Assembly (NCBI GenBank): GCA_041497135.1
Contig: JBGQFX010000014.1
Span: forward strand, 62-64,061
Source: Gemmatimonadota bacterium
Lineage (GTDB): Bacteria; Gemmatimonadota; Gemmatimonadetes; Gemmatimonadales; GWC2-71-9
DNA: 64,000 nucleotides
Direction of reading: 5' to 3'
Part shown: positions 27,375-35,337 of the stretch, one piece after another
How positions within the stretch are numbered: the stretch's first letter is position 1
Layout of the letters: the number at the start of each line of letters is the position of its first letter
The notes under the pieces: model-generated
Told to the model about the DNA's origin: nothing
Database searches by the model: none
The model's input: only the letters and a program-made list of their open reading frames with translations
Made by a program: the position numbers and the translations under genes

Positions 27375-28373
27375 TCAGTCGGCCAGGACGTGGCGGCCGA
27401 GCTCCTCGGGCGCGGGATCGGGGCTCTCGTCGGCGAACCGCACGGCATCGTCCACTTCGGCGTGGATCTCGGCATCGAGCGCGTCCACACCAGGCTGATC
27501 GATCGCGCCCTCGTCTTTCAGCCGGTGCATCAGCTGGGTGATCGGGTCCTTTTTTTTCTGCTCTTCGACTTCTTCCTTGGTGCGGTACACGCCGTGCAGT
27601 GGATCCGACATCGAGTGCCCCATGAAGCGATACGTGCGCACCTCCAGCAGCGTCGGATGACCGCCCTTCCGGGCGCGCTGCACGGCGCGCTCGGTGGCCC
27701 GGTGGACCTCGAGCACATCCATGCCGTTCACGGTCTCACCCGCGATGTCGTAGCTGCAGGCATGCTCCACGACGTCGGTCACGGCGGCCACGCGCTCGAA
27801 CGCGGTGCCCATCCCGTAACGATTGTTCTCGCACAGGAAGATCACCGGCAGCTTCCACACGGAGGCCATGTTCAGCGCTTCGTGGAAGGCGCCGATGTTC
27901 ACGGCGGCCTCGCCGAAGAAGCAGATGCAGACCTCGTCACCGCCGCGGTACTTGATCGCGAAGGCTAGGCCGGTGGCGAGCGGGAGGTGGCCGCCCACGA
28001 TGCCATGGCCGCCCATGAAACGTCTCCCGGCATCGAACAGGTGCATCGATCCGCCCTTGCCGCCCGAGCACCCTGTGGCCTTCCCGAACAGCTCGGCCAT
28101 TACGGCGCGCGCGGGCACGCCCCGGACCAGCGCCTGGCCGTGCTCGCGGTAGGAGCAGATGATGTAGTCCTCGGGGCTCAGGGCGGCCGACACGCCGACC
28201 GCCACGGCCTCCTGCCCGATGTAGAGATGACAGAACCCGCCGATCTTCCCGAGTGCATAGGACTCGGCGACCTTTTCCTCGAAGCGCCGGATCAGCAGCA
28301 TCTCACGCAACATGCGGCGTTGCAGCTCGGTATTGGCCTGCGGCTTGGCGGGTGGGGTGGCCGTCGTGGTCAT
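27375..28373 (-). CDS. pdhA: pyruvate dehydrogenase E1 component subunit alpha
   Basis: 332 aa. TPP-binding GDEVCICFFGEAAVNIGAFHEALN and YRFMGHSMSDP, the PDH-type rather than BCKDH-type phospho-loop motif. Confidence 0.9.
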   Translation of the reverse strand: MTTTATPPAKPQANTELQRRMLREMLLIRRFEEKVAESYALGKIGGFCHLYIGQEAVAVGVSAALSPEDYIICSYREHGQALVRGVPARAVMAELFGKATGCSGGKGGSMHLFDAGRRFMGGHGIVGGHLPLATGLAFAIKYRGGDEVCICFFGEAAVNIGAFHEALNMASVWKLPVIFLCENNRYGMGTAFERVAAVTDVVEHACSYDIAGETVNGMDVLEVHRATERAVQRARKGGHPTLLEVRTYRFMGHSMSDPLHGVYRTKEEVEEQKKKDPITQLMHRLKDEGAIDQPGVDALDAEIHAEVDDAVRFADESPDPAPEELGRHVLAD

Positions 28374-28383
28374 GGATGATCGA

Positions 28384-29337
28384 TCACCGGGCCACGGCGG
28401 CCGTGACCTGCTCCCAGGCGTGGTAGCTCGAGCGCACCAGCGGCCCGGCCTCGACGTGGCGGAATCCCATGTTGAGCCCGTGCTGCCTCAGCTCGGCGAA
28501 TTCCGCCGGCGAATACCAGCGGGCCACGGGGAGGTGCTCGCCGGAGGGGCGCAGGTACTGCCCCAGGGTGAGGATATCGACTGCTTGGGCGCGAAGGTCG
28601 CGCATGCCCACGAGCAGCTCGTCCCATTCTTCTCCAAGCCCGCAGATGATGCTGGACTTGGTGAGCGCCTCCGGGTTCATCTCCTTGGCATGACGGAGCA
28701 GCGCCAGCGCCCTCGGGTAACGTCCGCCGGGTCGGGCGATGCGGTACAATCGCTCGATTGTCTCGAGATTGTGGTTCAGGATGTCGGGCTGCGCGTCGAC
28801 GACAATGCGAAGGGCGACGTTGCTTCCCTTGAAGTCGGGGATGAGCACTTCGATCGAGGTGTCGGGCAGTCGGCGGCGAATCTCGGTGATGCACGCGGCG
28901 AAGATTTCGGCTCCGCCGTTGGGCAGATCGTCACGATCGACGCTTGTGATGACCACGTGTCGCAATGCCATTTGCGCCACGGCATCGGCGAGGCGCGCCG
29001 GCTCTTCGAGGTCGAGCACCGTCGGGGTGCCATGCGCCACGGCGCAGTAGGCGCAGTTCCTGGTGCACACATCGCCCAGGATCATGAAGGTCGCCGCCTT
29101 GTGCTCCCAGCACTCGCCGATGTTCGGGCAGTGGGCCGCTTCACATACCGTGTGCAGGCGGAGGTCCCGCATCATGTGCTGGAGGGCGAGATAGGTTGGC
29201 CCACCGGGGGCTTTGACTTTGAGCCAGGCCGGTTTGCGCGCCGGCGCGAGCGGGGCGCGAGGCGTGATGTGGATCAGGGGTGCGGGCATGCCTCCGGGTG
29301 GCTCGTGAGGAAATGTGAAGATAGTGCTCAGAATCAC
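28384..29337 (-). CDS. lipA: lipoyl synthase
   Basis: KPAWLKVK, CEAAHCPNIGECW (auxiliary cluster) and CTRNCAYC (radical-SAM CxxxCxxC). Start uncertain: GTG 29337 or ATG 29289. Confidence 0.95.
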   Translation of the reverse strand: MILSTIFTFPHEPPGGMPAPLIHITPRAPLAPARKPAWLKVKAPGGPTYLALQHMMRDLRLHTVCEAAHCPNIGECWEHKAATFMILGDVCTRNCAYCAVAHGTPTVLDLEEPARLADAVAQMALRHVVITSVDRDDLPNGGAEIFAACITEIRRRLPDTSIEVLIPDFKGSNVALRIVVDAQPDILNHNLETIERLYRIARPGGRYPRALALLRHAKEMNPEALTKSSIICGLGEEWDELLVGMRDLRAQAVDILTLGQYLRPSGEHLPVARWYSPAEFAELRQHGLNMGFRHVEAGPLVRSSYHAWEQVTAAVAR

Positions 29338-29353
29338 ACTGGGGTAGGCTTTT

Positions 29354-30355
29354 TCAACCAGACGGTTGATCCCTAGCGCGACGCTTGAGGCGTCGTAGCT
29401 CCTCCTCCAGCGCAGGCGTAGTGCTCAGCGTTCCATCGGCGATCTCGGCCTGCTCCTCGGCGTCACGCCACTGTCGCTCCAATTCTTGCACCTCGGCCTG
29501 CTCTTCGACGGCCATCTCGAGCGCCAACTGCCGCTCGGGGCGAAGCGAGCGCAGGGTGAGCTCGCGTCGCGCCACGTCCTGAATCAGCCGATTGGGGCCG
29601 CCGGCATCGTCGACGACGCGCGCGGCGTCGTCCGCCTTGCGTCGATTCGAGCGCCGGACGTTGAGATAGGTGAGCCCCTGGCGCAGCGCCGACTGCGCAT
29701 CCGCACCGGTCAGGAGCGCGGCCTCGCGACGGCACTGGGGACAGCTCACCAGCACGCCGAGATCGTGACGAGCGTTCGGAACCACGCGAGCGTGCTGCAC
29801 GTGTCTGGCCTTGAGCTCGAGCAGCGTCCCACAGTGGTCGCAGATCGGCGGCTCGATCAGGGTGACGCGACGGCCACCGACGATGCCGACGTACACCGAG
29901 TCGGCCAGGCGACCGACGTTCCACACCACAACGCCGAGCGCCCCGCCGGCGGCGACGTTTGCGGCGATGCCGAGCCCCACGGCGGCGAGGGTCAACGGCA
30001 CGACCACCTTGGCCCGTTCACGGCTGCGCGCTCGCATTCGTTCGCCGTAGCGCCAGCCCGCGAGCTCTACCCGCGGCGGCTTTCCCACCCGAACCAGATC
30101 GTACTGCTGCCACCTGAGTAGCGAAACCTGGTCGGTGCTCGCCAACAAGCGGCCATCACGTGCCGAGCGGGCCAGCGCCTCGATGCGTTCGAGCCGGTCG
30201 TCCAATGGGGTGAGATTCCAACGCGCGCACTTGGCGCACACTACCCACAGCCGTCCCTTCCACTCGTCGAACGCCAGGCGGCGGCCGATCCCCAGGCCGG
30301 AAGGGCCGCCGTCTCCATCGAACTTGGCGCTGCAGAAGGCGCAGGTGGTATACAT
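29354..30355 (-). CDS. hypothetical protein with two CxxC...CxxC zinc-ribbon-like modules, central hydrophobic segment and acidic coiled-coil tail
   Basis: 333 aa. CAFC..(30)..CAKC near the N-terminus and CDHC..(28)..CPQC in the middle. Hydrophobic VVVPLTLAAVGLGIAANVAAGGALGVVVW. C-terminal EEQAEVQELERQWRDAEEQAE. Confidence 0.5.
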   Translation of the reverse strand: MYTTCAFCSAKFDGDGGPSGLGIGRRLAFDEWKGRLWVVCAKCARWNLTPLDDRLERIEALARSARDGRLLASTDQVSLLRWQQYDLVRVGKPPRVELAGWRYGERMRARSRERAKVVVPLTLAAVGLGIAANVAAGGALGVVVWNVGRLADSVYVGIVGGRRVTLIEPPICDHCGTLLELKARHVQHARVVPNARHDLGVLVSCPQCRREAALLTGADAQSALRQGLTYLNVRRSNRRKADDAARVVDDAGGPNRLIQDVARRELTLRSLRPERQLALEMAVEEQAEVQELERQWRDAEEQAEIADGTLSTTPALEEELRRLKRRARDQPSG

Positions 30356-30356
30356 C

Positions 30357-30384
30357 GCTATCAGCTATCAGCTATCAGCCGTCA
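30357..30384. repeat. heptamer tandem repeat GCTATCA x3 plus degenerate GCCGTCA
   Basis: Perfect units at 30357-30363, 30364-30370 and 30371-30377, and a degenerate unit at 30378-30384. Spans the 19-nt spacer between the oxidase stop and the zinc-ribbon gene start. Confidence 0.8.
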
Positions 30385-31502
30385 GCTGCCCCGGTGTTGA
30401 ATCGTCCCACGGTGAGCTGACTGATATCTACGTCGGTTTGGCCGGTGGAGAGGAGGCCGCCGATGATCTCGCCCGTGATCGCGGCCAGCAGGATGCCGTT
30501 ACGACCGTGTCCGGTGGCGTACCAGAGTCCGCCCACGTCGGGGTCGGCCCCGATGATCGGGCGCGCATCCGGTGTCACGGGCCGGAGGCCGGCCCATGCG
30601 CGATGCGCCGGCAGCGCCCTCAGGCCGGGGCAGAGTCGGGCCGTAGCCCGTCGGATCTGAGACACGCCGGCTGCCGTGGTCCGGGCGTTGAATCCCACCC
30701 GTTCCATCGTGCTACCGAGGATCGCTTCATCGCCACGCGGCAACAGGTAACCCTCACCGTGGTACACGATGGCCGCCGGTATGCCGCCCGGCCACGCCGT
30801 GGCCACAAGCTGACCCCGCACCGGCTCCACGGGGATGGGCCGCGGCAGTCCGCCGATCCGCGAGGACCAAACGCCAGCTGCGATTACGACCTGCTCGACG
30901 GGGATCCGCGTGCGTCCCACCACGAGACTGGTGACCCGTCCGGCGGTGATGGTCACGCGCCCGGCAGTGCCGGGGTGAACGGTCACGCCGAGCCGCTTCG
31001 CATCCGCGCGGAGCGCCTCGGCGAGCCGGCCCGGGTCGAGGCAGCCGTCCTCCGGGGCGAACAGCGCACCCCAGGCCCCCGGCGCGATTCCCGGCCAGCG
31101 CTCGTGCAGCTCGGCCGTGTCCAACCAGTCGCACCGCAGGCCGGCCTGGCGTTGGTGCGCCACGCGATCGAACAGAGCGGCCACTTCGGCGTCTTCATAG
31201 GCCACCGTGAGGATGCCGCAGCGCTGGAAACCGATGTCGATCCCGGTGGTATCTTTCAGCGTGGTGGCGAGGTCTTCATACAGGTCCCGTCCCCGGACCG
31301 CCAGCGGCAGCAGCGCCGCGTCGGTCGGCTTGATCTGTGCGGCCAGCATGCCCGCCGACGCGGCGGACGCGGCCGCCGGATCGGGCCCCGGCGCGAACAG
31401 GGTGACGTTGAGCCCGCGCTGCGCCGCGGCGCGGGCGCAGGCGGCCCCGATGACGCCGCCCCCGACGACGGCCAGTTGGATCGGTGAAACTCTCGCGGGC
31501 AT
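30375..31502 (-). CDS. FAD-dependent oxidoreductase, glycine oxidase (ThiO)/D-amino-acid oxidase-like
   Basis: 375 aa. N-terminal LAVVGGGVIGAACARAAAQRG dinucleotide-binding motif. DAO-family layout with C-terminal ATGHGRNGILLA. Confidence 0.75.
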   Translation of the reverse strand: MPARVSPIQLAVVGGGVIGAACARAAAQRGLNVTLFAPGPDPAAASAASAGMLAAQIKPTDAALLPLAVRGRDLYEDLATTLKDTTGIDIGFQRCGILTVAYEDAEVAALFDRVAHQRQAGLRCDWLDTAELHERWPGIAPGAWGALFAPEDGCLDPGRLAEALRADAKRLGVTVHPGTAGRVTITAGRVTSLVVGRTRIPVEQVVIAAGVWSSRIGGLPRPIPVEPVRGQLVATAWPGGIPAAIVYHGEGYLLPRGDEAILGSTMERVGFNARTTAAGVSQIRRATARLCPGLRALPAHRAWAGLRPVTPDARPIIGADPDVGGLWYATGHGRNGILLAAITGEIIGGLLSTGQTDVDISQLTVGRFNTGAADG

Positions 31503-31547
31503 CAGGGCGTAGGCAGCGCTGTCCTGCGAGGTAACCTGGGAGGCAGC

Positions 31548-31769
31548 ATGTTTCGGAGCATAATCGGTTTCGCGATCTTCGCGGTGGTGGTCTGGCTCGG
31601 CCTGAAGCTCGTGTTTGGTTTGTTCGGCTGGGTCTTTGGGCTGGCGATGTGGGTGCTCTGGATCGCCGCCATCGGGTTCTTCCTGTATCTCGTGTTGCGT
31701 CTGGTCAGCCCGCGCACGGCCGACCGGGTCCGGGACGCGATCAAGGGAAAGCGCGACTCAGCGGCCTGA
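31548..31769 (+). CDS. small membrane protein (2 TM), unknown function
   Basis: 73 aa. ATG preceded by GGGAGG. Two clear hydrophobic helices (IIGFAIFAVVVWLGLKLVFGLF, LAMWVLWIAAIGFFLYLVL). Confidence 0.55.
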   Translation: MFRSIIGFAIFAVVVWLGLKLVFGLFGWVFGLAMWVLWIAAIGFFLYLVLRLVSPRTADRVRDAIKGKRDSAA

Positions 31770-31799
31770 ACGCTCCTCGCCCGCGGGCGCACGGGGTCA

Positions 31800-32780
31800 T
31801 CATCCTCCGGATGGTGACCCCGTGGTGCGTTGGGGCAGCAAGGCGAGCGCGCCCCAGCACAGCAGCGGCAGCAGAATCTCGTGGTGCCCGGTCAACTGCA
31901 CGCCACGGCCGCCTCCCAATGTCGGACGCTCCACCACATTGACGCGGGGGCGGTAGTGGCGTTGCATGTCGCAATCGCACGCCGTGAACCCGGTCGGCCG
32001 GCCCTGGTGGAGGTTGCGGGCGATCGTCAACGCCTTGAGAAACACTTCGGGCATCACCACGGCACTCCCGAGGTTCAGCACCACGCCCCCGTCGTGCAGG
32101 TCCGGCAGGCTCGCGGCCAGCCGCTTGAAGTCGCGGTGGCTCGTGGCGCCGATCGCCGCCCCGTCGGCCGTCGGATGCTGATGGATGATCTCCGCTCCCA
32201 CCGTCGTATGCACGGTCACCGGAACGCCCCGCTCGGCGCAGGCGACGAGCAGGGAGACCGAGCGGCCGGGCAGTTCCGCCCTGGATCGCAAGGATTCCGC
32301 CAGGGCTTCTCCTGCGCCCCGCTGGGCGCCGGCCCCGGCGTTCAACGCGGCGTTCATCTCGCGGCCCGTTTCCTCCGCCATGCCGAAGCTGCCGTCGCCC
32401 AGCCCGGCCGCCACGTCCTCGCTCGTGCCGCCGAACGCGGCGAGCTCGAAATCGTGGATCGCCGCGCTACCGTTCATGGCGACGTGGGTGATCACGCCGC
32501 GCTCGATCAGCGCTACGAGTAAGGGACCCAGACCGACCTTGATGACGTGACCGCCCAACATCGCGACCACGGCGCGCCGGCCCGCGGCGCGCGCCATCTG
32601 CTCCGCGACGTAGCGCAGATCGCGCGCCGCCAGGATGTCGGGGAGCGAGCGCCAGAAAGCGGCAAAGCTCGCATCGGGGCCCGGGGGATGGGCCAGCAGG
32701 GAAGGCTCGACCTTGTTGTGGCGCTGCGCGATGGGAACCGTCTTCAGCCGGCTGAAGTCCGCCTCGCGGTAGTGAGTCAT
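31800..32780 (-). CDS. conserved hypothetical protein, possibly deoxyhypusine-synthase-like fold
   Basis: 326 aa with protein-like composition. GGHVIKVGLGPLLVALIERGVITHVAMNGSAAIHDFE loosely resembles the DHS-family core. Overlaps the downstream glycosyltransferase gene by 4 nt. The family call is weak. Confidence 0.35.
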   Translation of the reverse strand: MTHYREADFSRLKTVPIAQRHNKVEPSLLAHPPGPDASFAAFWRSLPDILAARDLRYVAEQMARAAGRRAVVAMLGGHVIKVGLGPLLVALIERGVITHVAMNGSAAIHDFELAAFGGTSEDVAAGLGDGSFGMAEETGREMNAALNAGAGAQRGAGEALAESLRSRAELPGRSVSLLVACAERGVPVTVHTTVGAEIIHQHPTADGAAIGATSHRDFKRLAASLPDLHDGGVVLNLGSAVVMPEVFLKALTIARNLHQGRPTGFTACDCDMQRHYRPRVNVVERPTLGGGRGVQLTGHHEILLPLLCWGALALLPQRTTGSPSGG

Positions 32781-34273
32781 GGCTGCCCCGGAACGACGAA
32801 CTCCTTCAGCTTCAGGGTGACGGTGCCGAACGAGAAGTTCGATTGCAGCGCCAGCATCAGGCGGCGCGGATCGTCCGACAGCCAGATGTGAGCCTCGGCC
32901 TGCTCGGCGAAAATGCCGCGTCCCTTCGGGATGATGGGGCGCACCACGATCGCGTTGAACTTCCGCCCTGCGACGCTGATCCGCTCCCGCTTTTCCACCA
33001 CGATGATCACCGGGTTGCGGTCCGGGCGGAAATAGCGCCGGTATTCGTAGCGCTTACCCACCTCCAGCGGGACGGTCCGGATCCAATACATGAAGGCGGC
33101 GTCGTCCAGCGGGTCTGCCACCGTCGCGCGCGTCGTGTCTACGCCTTCTTCCCGGTAGAACCCCGAGTCGGGAAAAATCTCCCACCGGTTGTGCCGCTTG
33201 CGGCCGCGCTCTTCCGTCTCGTTGACGTAGCGGCGCGAGCGGAAATCGGCGCGCCCCACCCACGACTCGAGCAGCTGGTCGAGGTGGTACCACAGGGCGC
33301 CGCCCTTGATGTGAAACCGCAACCGCACGGTCTCGACCCCGCGCACGGTGTCGAACCCGGCGACCTCCATGGTCGCTTCCCCGACGCTGAACGGTCCATA
33401 GCGCGCCGAGTAGCGCATCCGCTCACCGACCGGGAACGGCACCGCGTTGGTCGTGCTCGACACCTCCGGTGACACCGCGCCGACGGGGTGCGTCGAGTCC
33501 TGTCCCGCGCTCGGCCGGCCCAGCAGCAGCAGCGCCGCCGTGGCGATACCGACGCCGCGGATCAGCGGCCGCGCGCGCCAGGCGTCCACGAGCGCGTGCC
33601 AGGGACGCACGCGCGAGGGTCGCTGCCGCAAGTCGTAGCGTCCGGTCACCGGCAGCGTCTCCACCCGGCGGGCATGGGGCACCAGTCGGGCGAGCAGCTC
33701 GGCGTTGGCGCACCAGCCGTCGGTTTGCAGCAGGGCTTGCGGCTTGTCCCCTTCCTGACGCAGCGCCTGGCGCAGGGTGATGAGCCTCAAGGCCATGAAC
33801 CCCGACACGGTGTCGCGCACGCCACGCACGCGCAGCAGACGCGGCGTCCAGCGACGCGCCCAGCGTTGCGCGCGCGAAGGCATGCCGACCGAGGCCACTT
33901 CTTCAGCCGCCACCAGATCGGCACCCGACTCGATGCGTTTCACCATGTCGTCCATCGCTTCCGGTGAGTACACGAAGTCGGCGGGGAGAGTGATGGCGCA
34001 ATCGCGTTTGGGACGATCGGTGCGTTGCAGGGCCAGCCGCAGCAGCTCCTCCACGCTGCGGGAATAGCCGATCCGCTCGCGATGCGAGAGGACCGTCATC
34101 GGGAGCACCCGGTCGTAGCGCCCCAGGACTTCACCGGTACCGTCGGTCGATCCGTCGTCGCACACCAGCAGCTGGTACTCGCGCTGAAAGGCGGTGAATA
34201 CCTGACGCACTTTCCAGAGCACGAGACCGGCGGTCTTCGCCTCGTTATGAACCGGTACGCAGACGTAGATCAT
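32777..34273 (-). CDS. family 2 glycosyltransferase fused to a DUF3108-like C-terminal domain
   Basis: N-terminus IYVCVPVHNEAKTAG..VCDDGSTDGT (GT-A/GT2). Hydrophobic segment GVGIATAALLLLG. C-terminal half GERMRYSARYGPFSVGEATMEV ... AHIWLSDDPRRLMLALQSNFSFGTVTLKL resembles DUF3108. Confidence 0.65.
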   Translation of the reverse strand: MIYVCVPVHNEAKTAGLVLWKVRQVFTAFQREYQLLVCDDGSTDGTGEVLGRYDRVLPMTVLSHRERIGYSRSVEELLRLALQRTDRPKRDCAITLPADFVYSPEAMDDMVKRIESGADLVAAEEVASVGMPSRAQRWARRWTPRLLRVRGVRDTVSGFMALRLITLRQALRQEGDKPQALLQTDGWCANAELLARLVPHARRVETLPVTGRYDLRQRPSRVRPWHALVDAWRARPLIRGVGIATAALLLLGRPSAGQDSTHPVGAVSPEVSSTTNAVPFPVGERMRYSARYGPFSVGEATMEVAGFDTVRGVETVRLRFHIKGGALWYHLDQLLESWVGRADFRSRRYVNETEERGRKRHNRWEIFPDSGFYREEGVDTTRATVADPLDDAAFMYWIRTVPLEVGKRYEYRRYFRPDRNPVIIVVEKRERISVAGRKFNAIVVRPIIPKGRGIFAEQAEAHIWLSDDPRRLMLALQSNFSFGTVTLKLKEFVVPGQP

Positions 34274-34284
34274 GGCTCTGCAAT

Positions 34285-35334
34285 CTAGACGAGTGACTGA
34301 TACAGGGCCAACGTGGCCTGGGCCATTGACTTGGCAGTGAATTGCGGGGGAAGCGGGATGGGGGAAGGGTGGTCCAGGGCGACCATCACGCGTCGGGCCA
34401 GTGCGTCGGCATCGCGCACCGGCACCAGGCAGTCGGCGCGGAGCACTTCGGGAATGCCGCCGGCCGCCGTGGCAACGACCGGTGTGCCGAGCGCCAGCGC
34501 GTGCAGAATCACGCTGCCGAGGCCTTCTTGCTTGGAGGACATCACGAGCACGTTCGCCTCTCGAATCAATGCATCTACGTCAGGGACATACCCCAGTAGA
34601 TGGACGATGTCGTCGAGACGTTGTTCCGTGATCTCGCGCTCCAGCGTGTGACGTAGCTCACCCTCTCCGGCGATCGCCCAATGCAGGGCCGGCCGGAGCG
34701 TTCGGCCGAGGGCGGCTGCCCGAATCAGGGTGTGATGGTCCTTGTGGTCCACGAGTGCCGCGACGTTGACCGCCAACGGTGTTTCGGGGGCGAGGTGGAG
34801 ACGGGTACGAATGTCGAGGCTGCGAGCCGCGTTGGCGCGGACTTCCTCGGGGTCGATGCCGTCGGGGATCACGGAGATGGCGGTCTCGGTGAGGCCGTCG
34901 GCGATCAACACCTGTTGCACGGCCCGCGATACGGCAATCACGCGGTCGGCGTGGAACCAGCCACTGCGCCGTCGTACGTGAAAATCGACCCGTCGCGAAG
35001 CCACGAGGGGCGGCGTGTCCCTCGCCCAGCCGACCAGGCCCAATGCCCATCGCACGAGCCGGAGGGCGTGACTGTCGTGCGCGTGCACGACGTCCGGCGA
35101 GAACCGCACCAGCTCCACGAGGAGGTCCAACGTCGTGCCCGGGTCGAGCGACACGCGCCAGCGCACCCCGGCCGTCGGAATGCCTTCGACCGCGGCGCGA
35201 CGCGCCAGCGGTCCGTCGCGCTTAGTGGCGAGCCGGACGTCGATGCCGGCGCGCAGCAGCTCCCGGCACAGCAGCCGAACCTGATTTTGTCCTCCGCGCC
35301 ACTCCCGGCCCGCGTCCACCTGCAGGACGCGCAC
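34285..35334 (-). CDS. family 4 (GT-B, group 1) glycosyltransferase
   Basis: 349 aa. GGQNQV near the N-terminus and C-terminal SSKQEGLGSVILHALALGTPVVATAAGGIPE (E-x7-E region). Confidence 0.8.
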   Translation of the reverse strand: MRVLQVDAGREWRGGQNQVRLLCRELLRAGIDVRLATKRDGPLARRAAVEGIPTAGVRWRVSLDPGTTLDLLVELVRFSPDVVHAHDSHALRLVRWALGLVGWARDTPPLVASRRVDFHVRRRSGWFHADRVIAVSRAVQQVLIADGLTETAISVIPDGIDPEEVRANAARSLDIRTRLHLAPETPLAVNVAALVDHKDHHTLIRAAALGRTLRPALHWAIAGEGELRHTLEREITEQRLDDIVHLLGYVPDVDALIREANVLVMSSKQEGLGSVILHALALGTPVVATAAGGIPEVLRADCLVPVRDADALARRVMVALDHPSPIPLPPQFTAKSMAQATLALYQSLV

Positions 35335-35337
35335 GGA

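Noticed and set aside
33431-33441. GGGAACGGCAC, a partial match to the terminal repeat
   Set aside because: Only 10 nt match (GGAACGGCAC). It lies within well-supported coding sequence, lacks the TTCCAAC/AGTTGG part and has no inverted partner, so it is most likely chance in GC-rich DNA.
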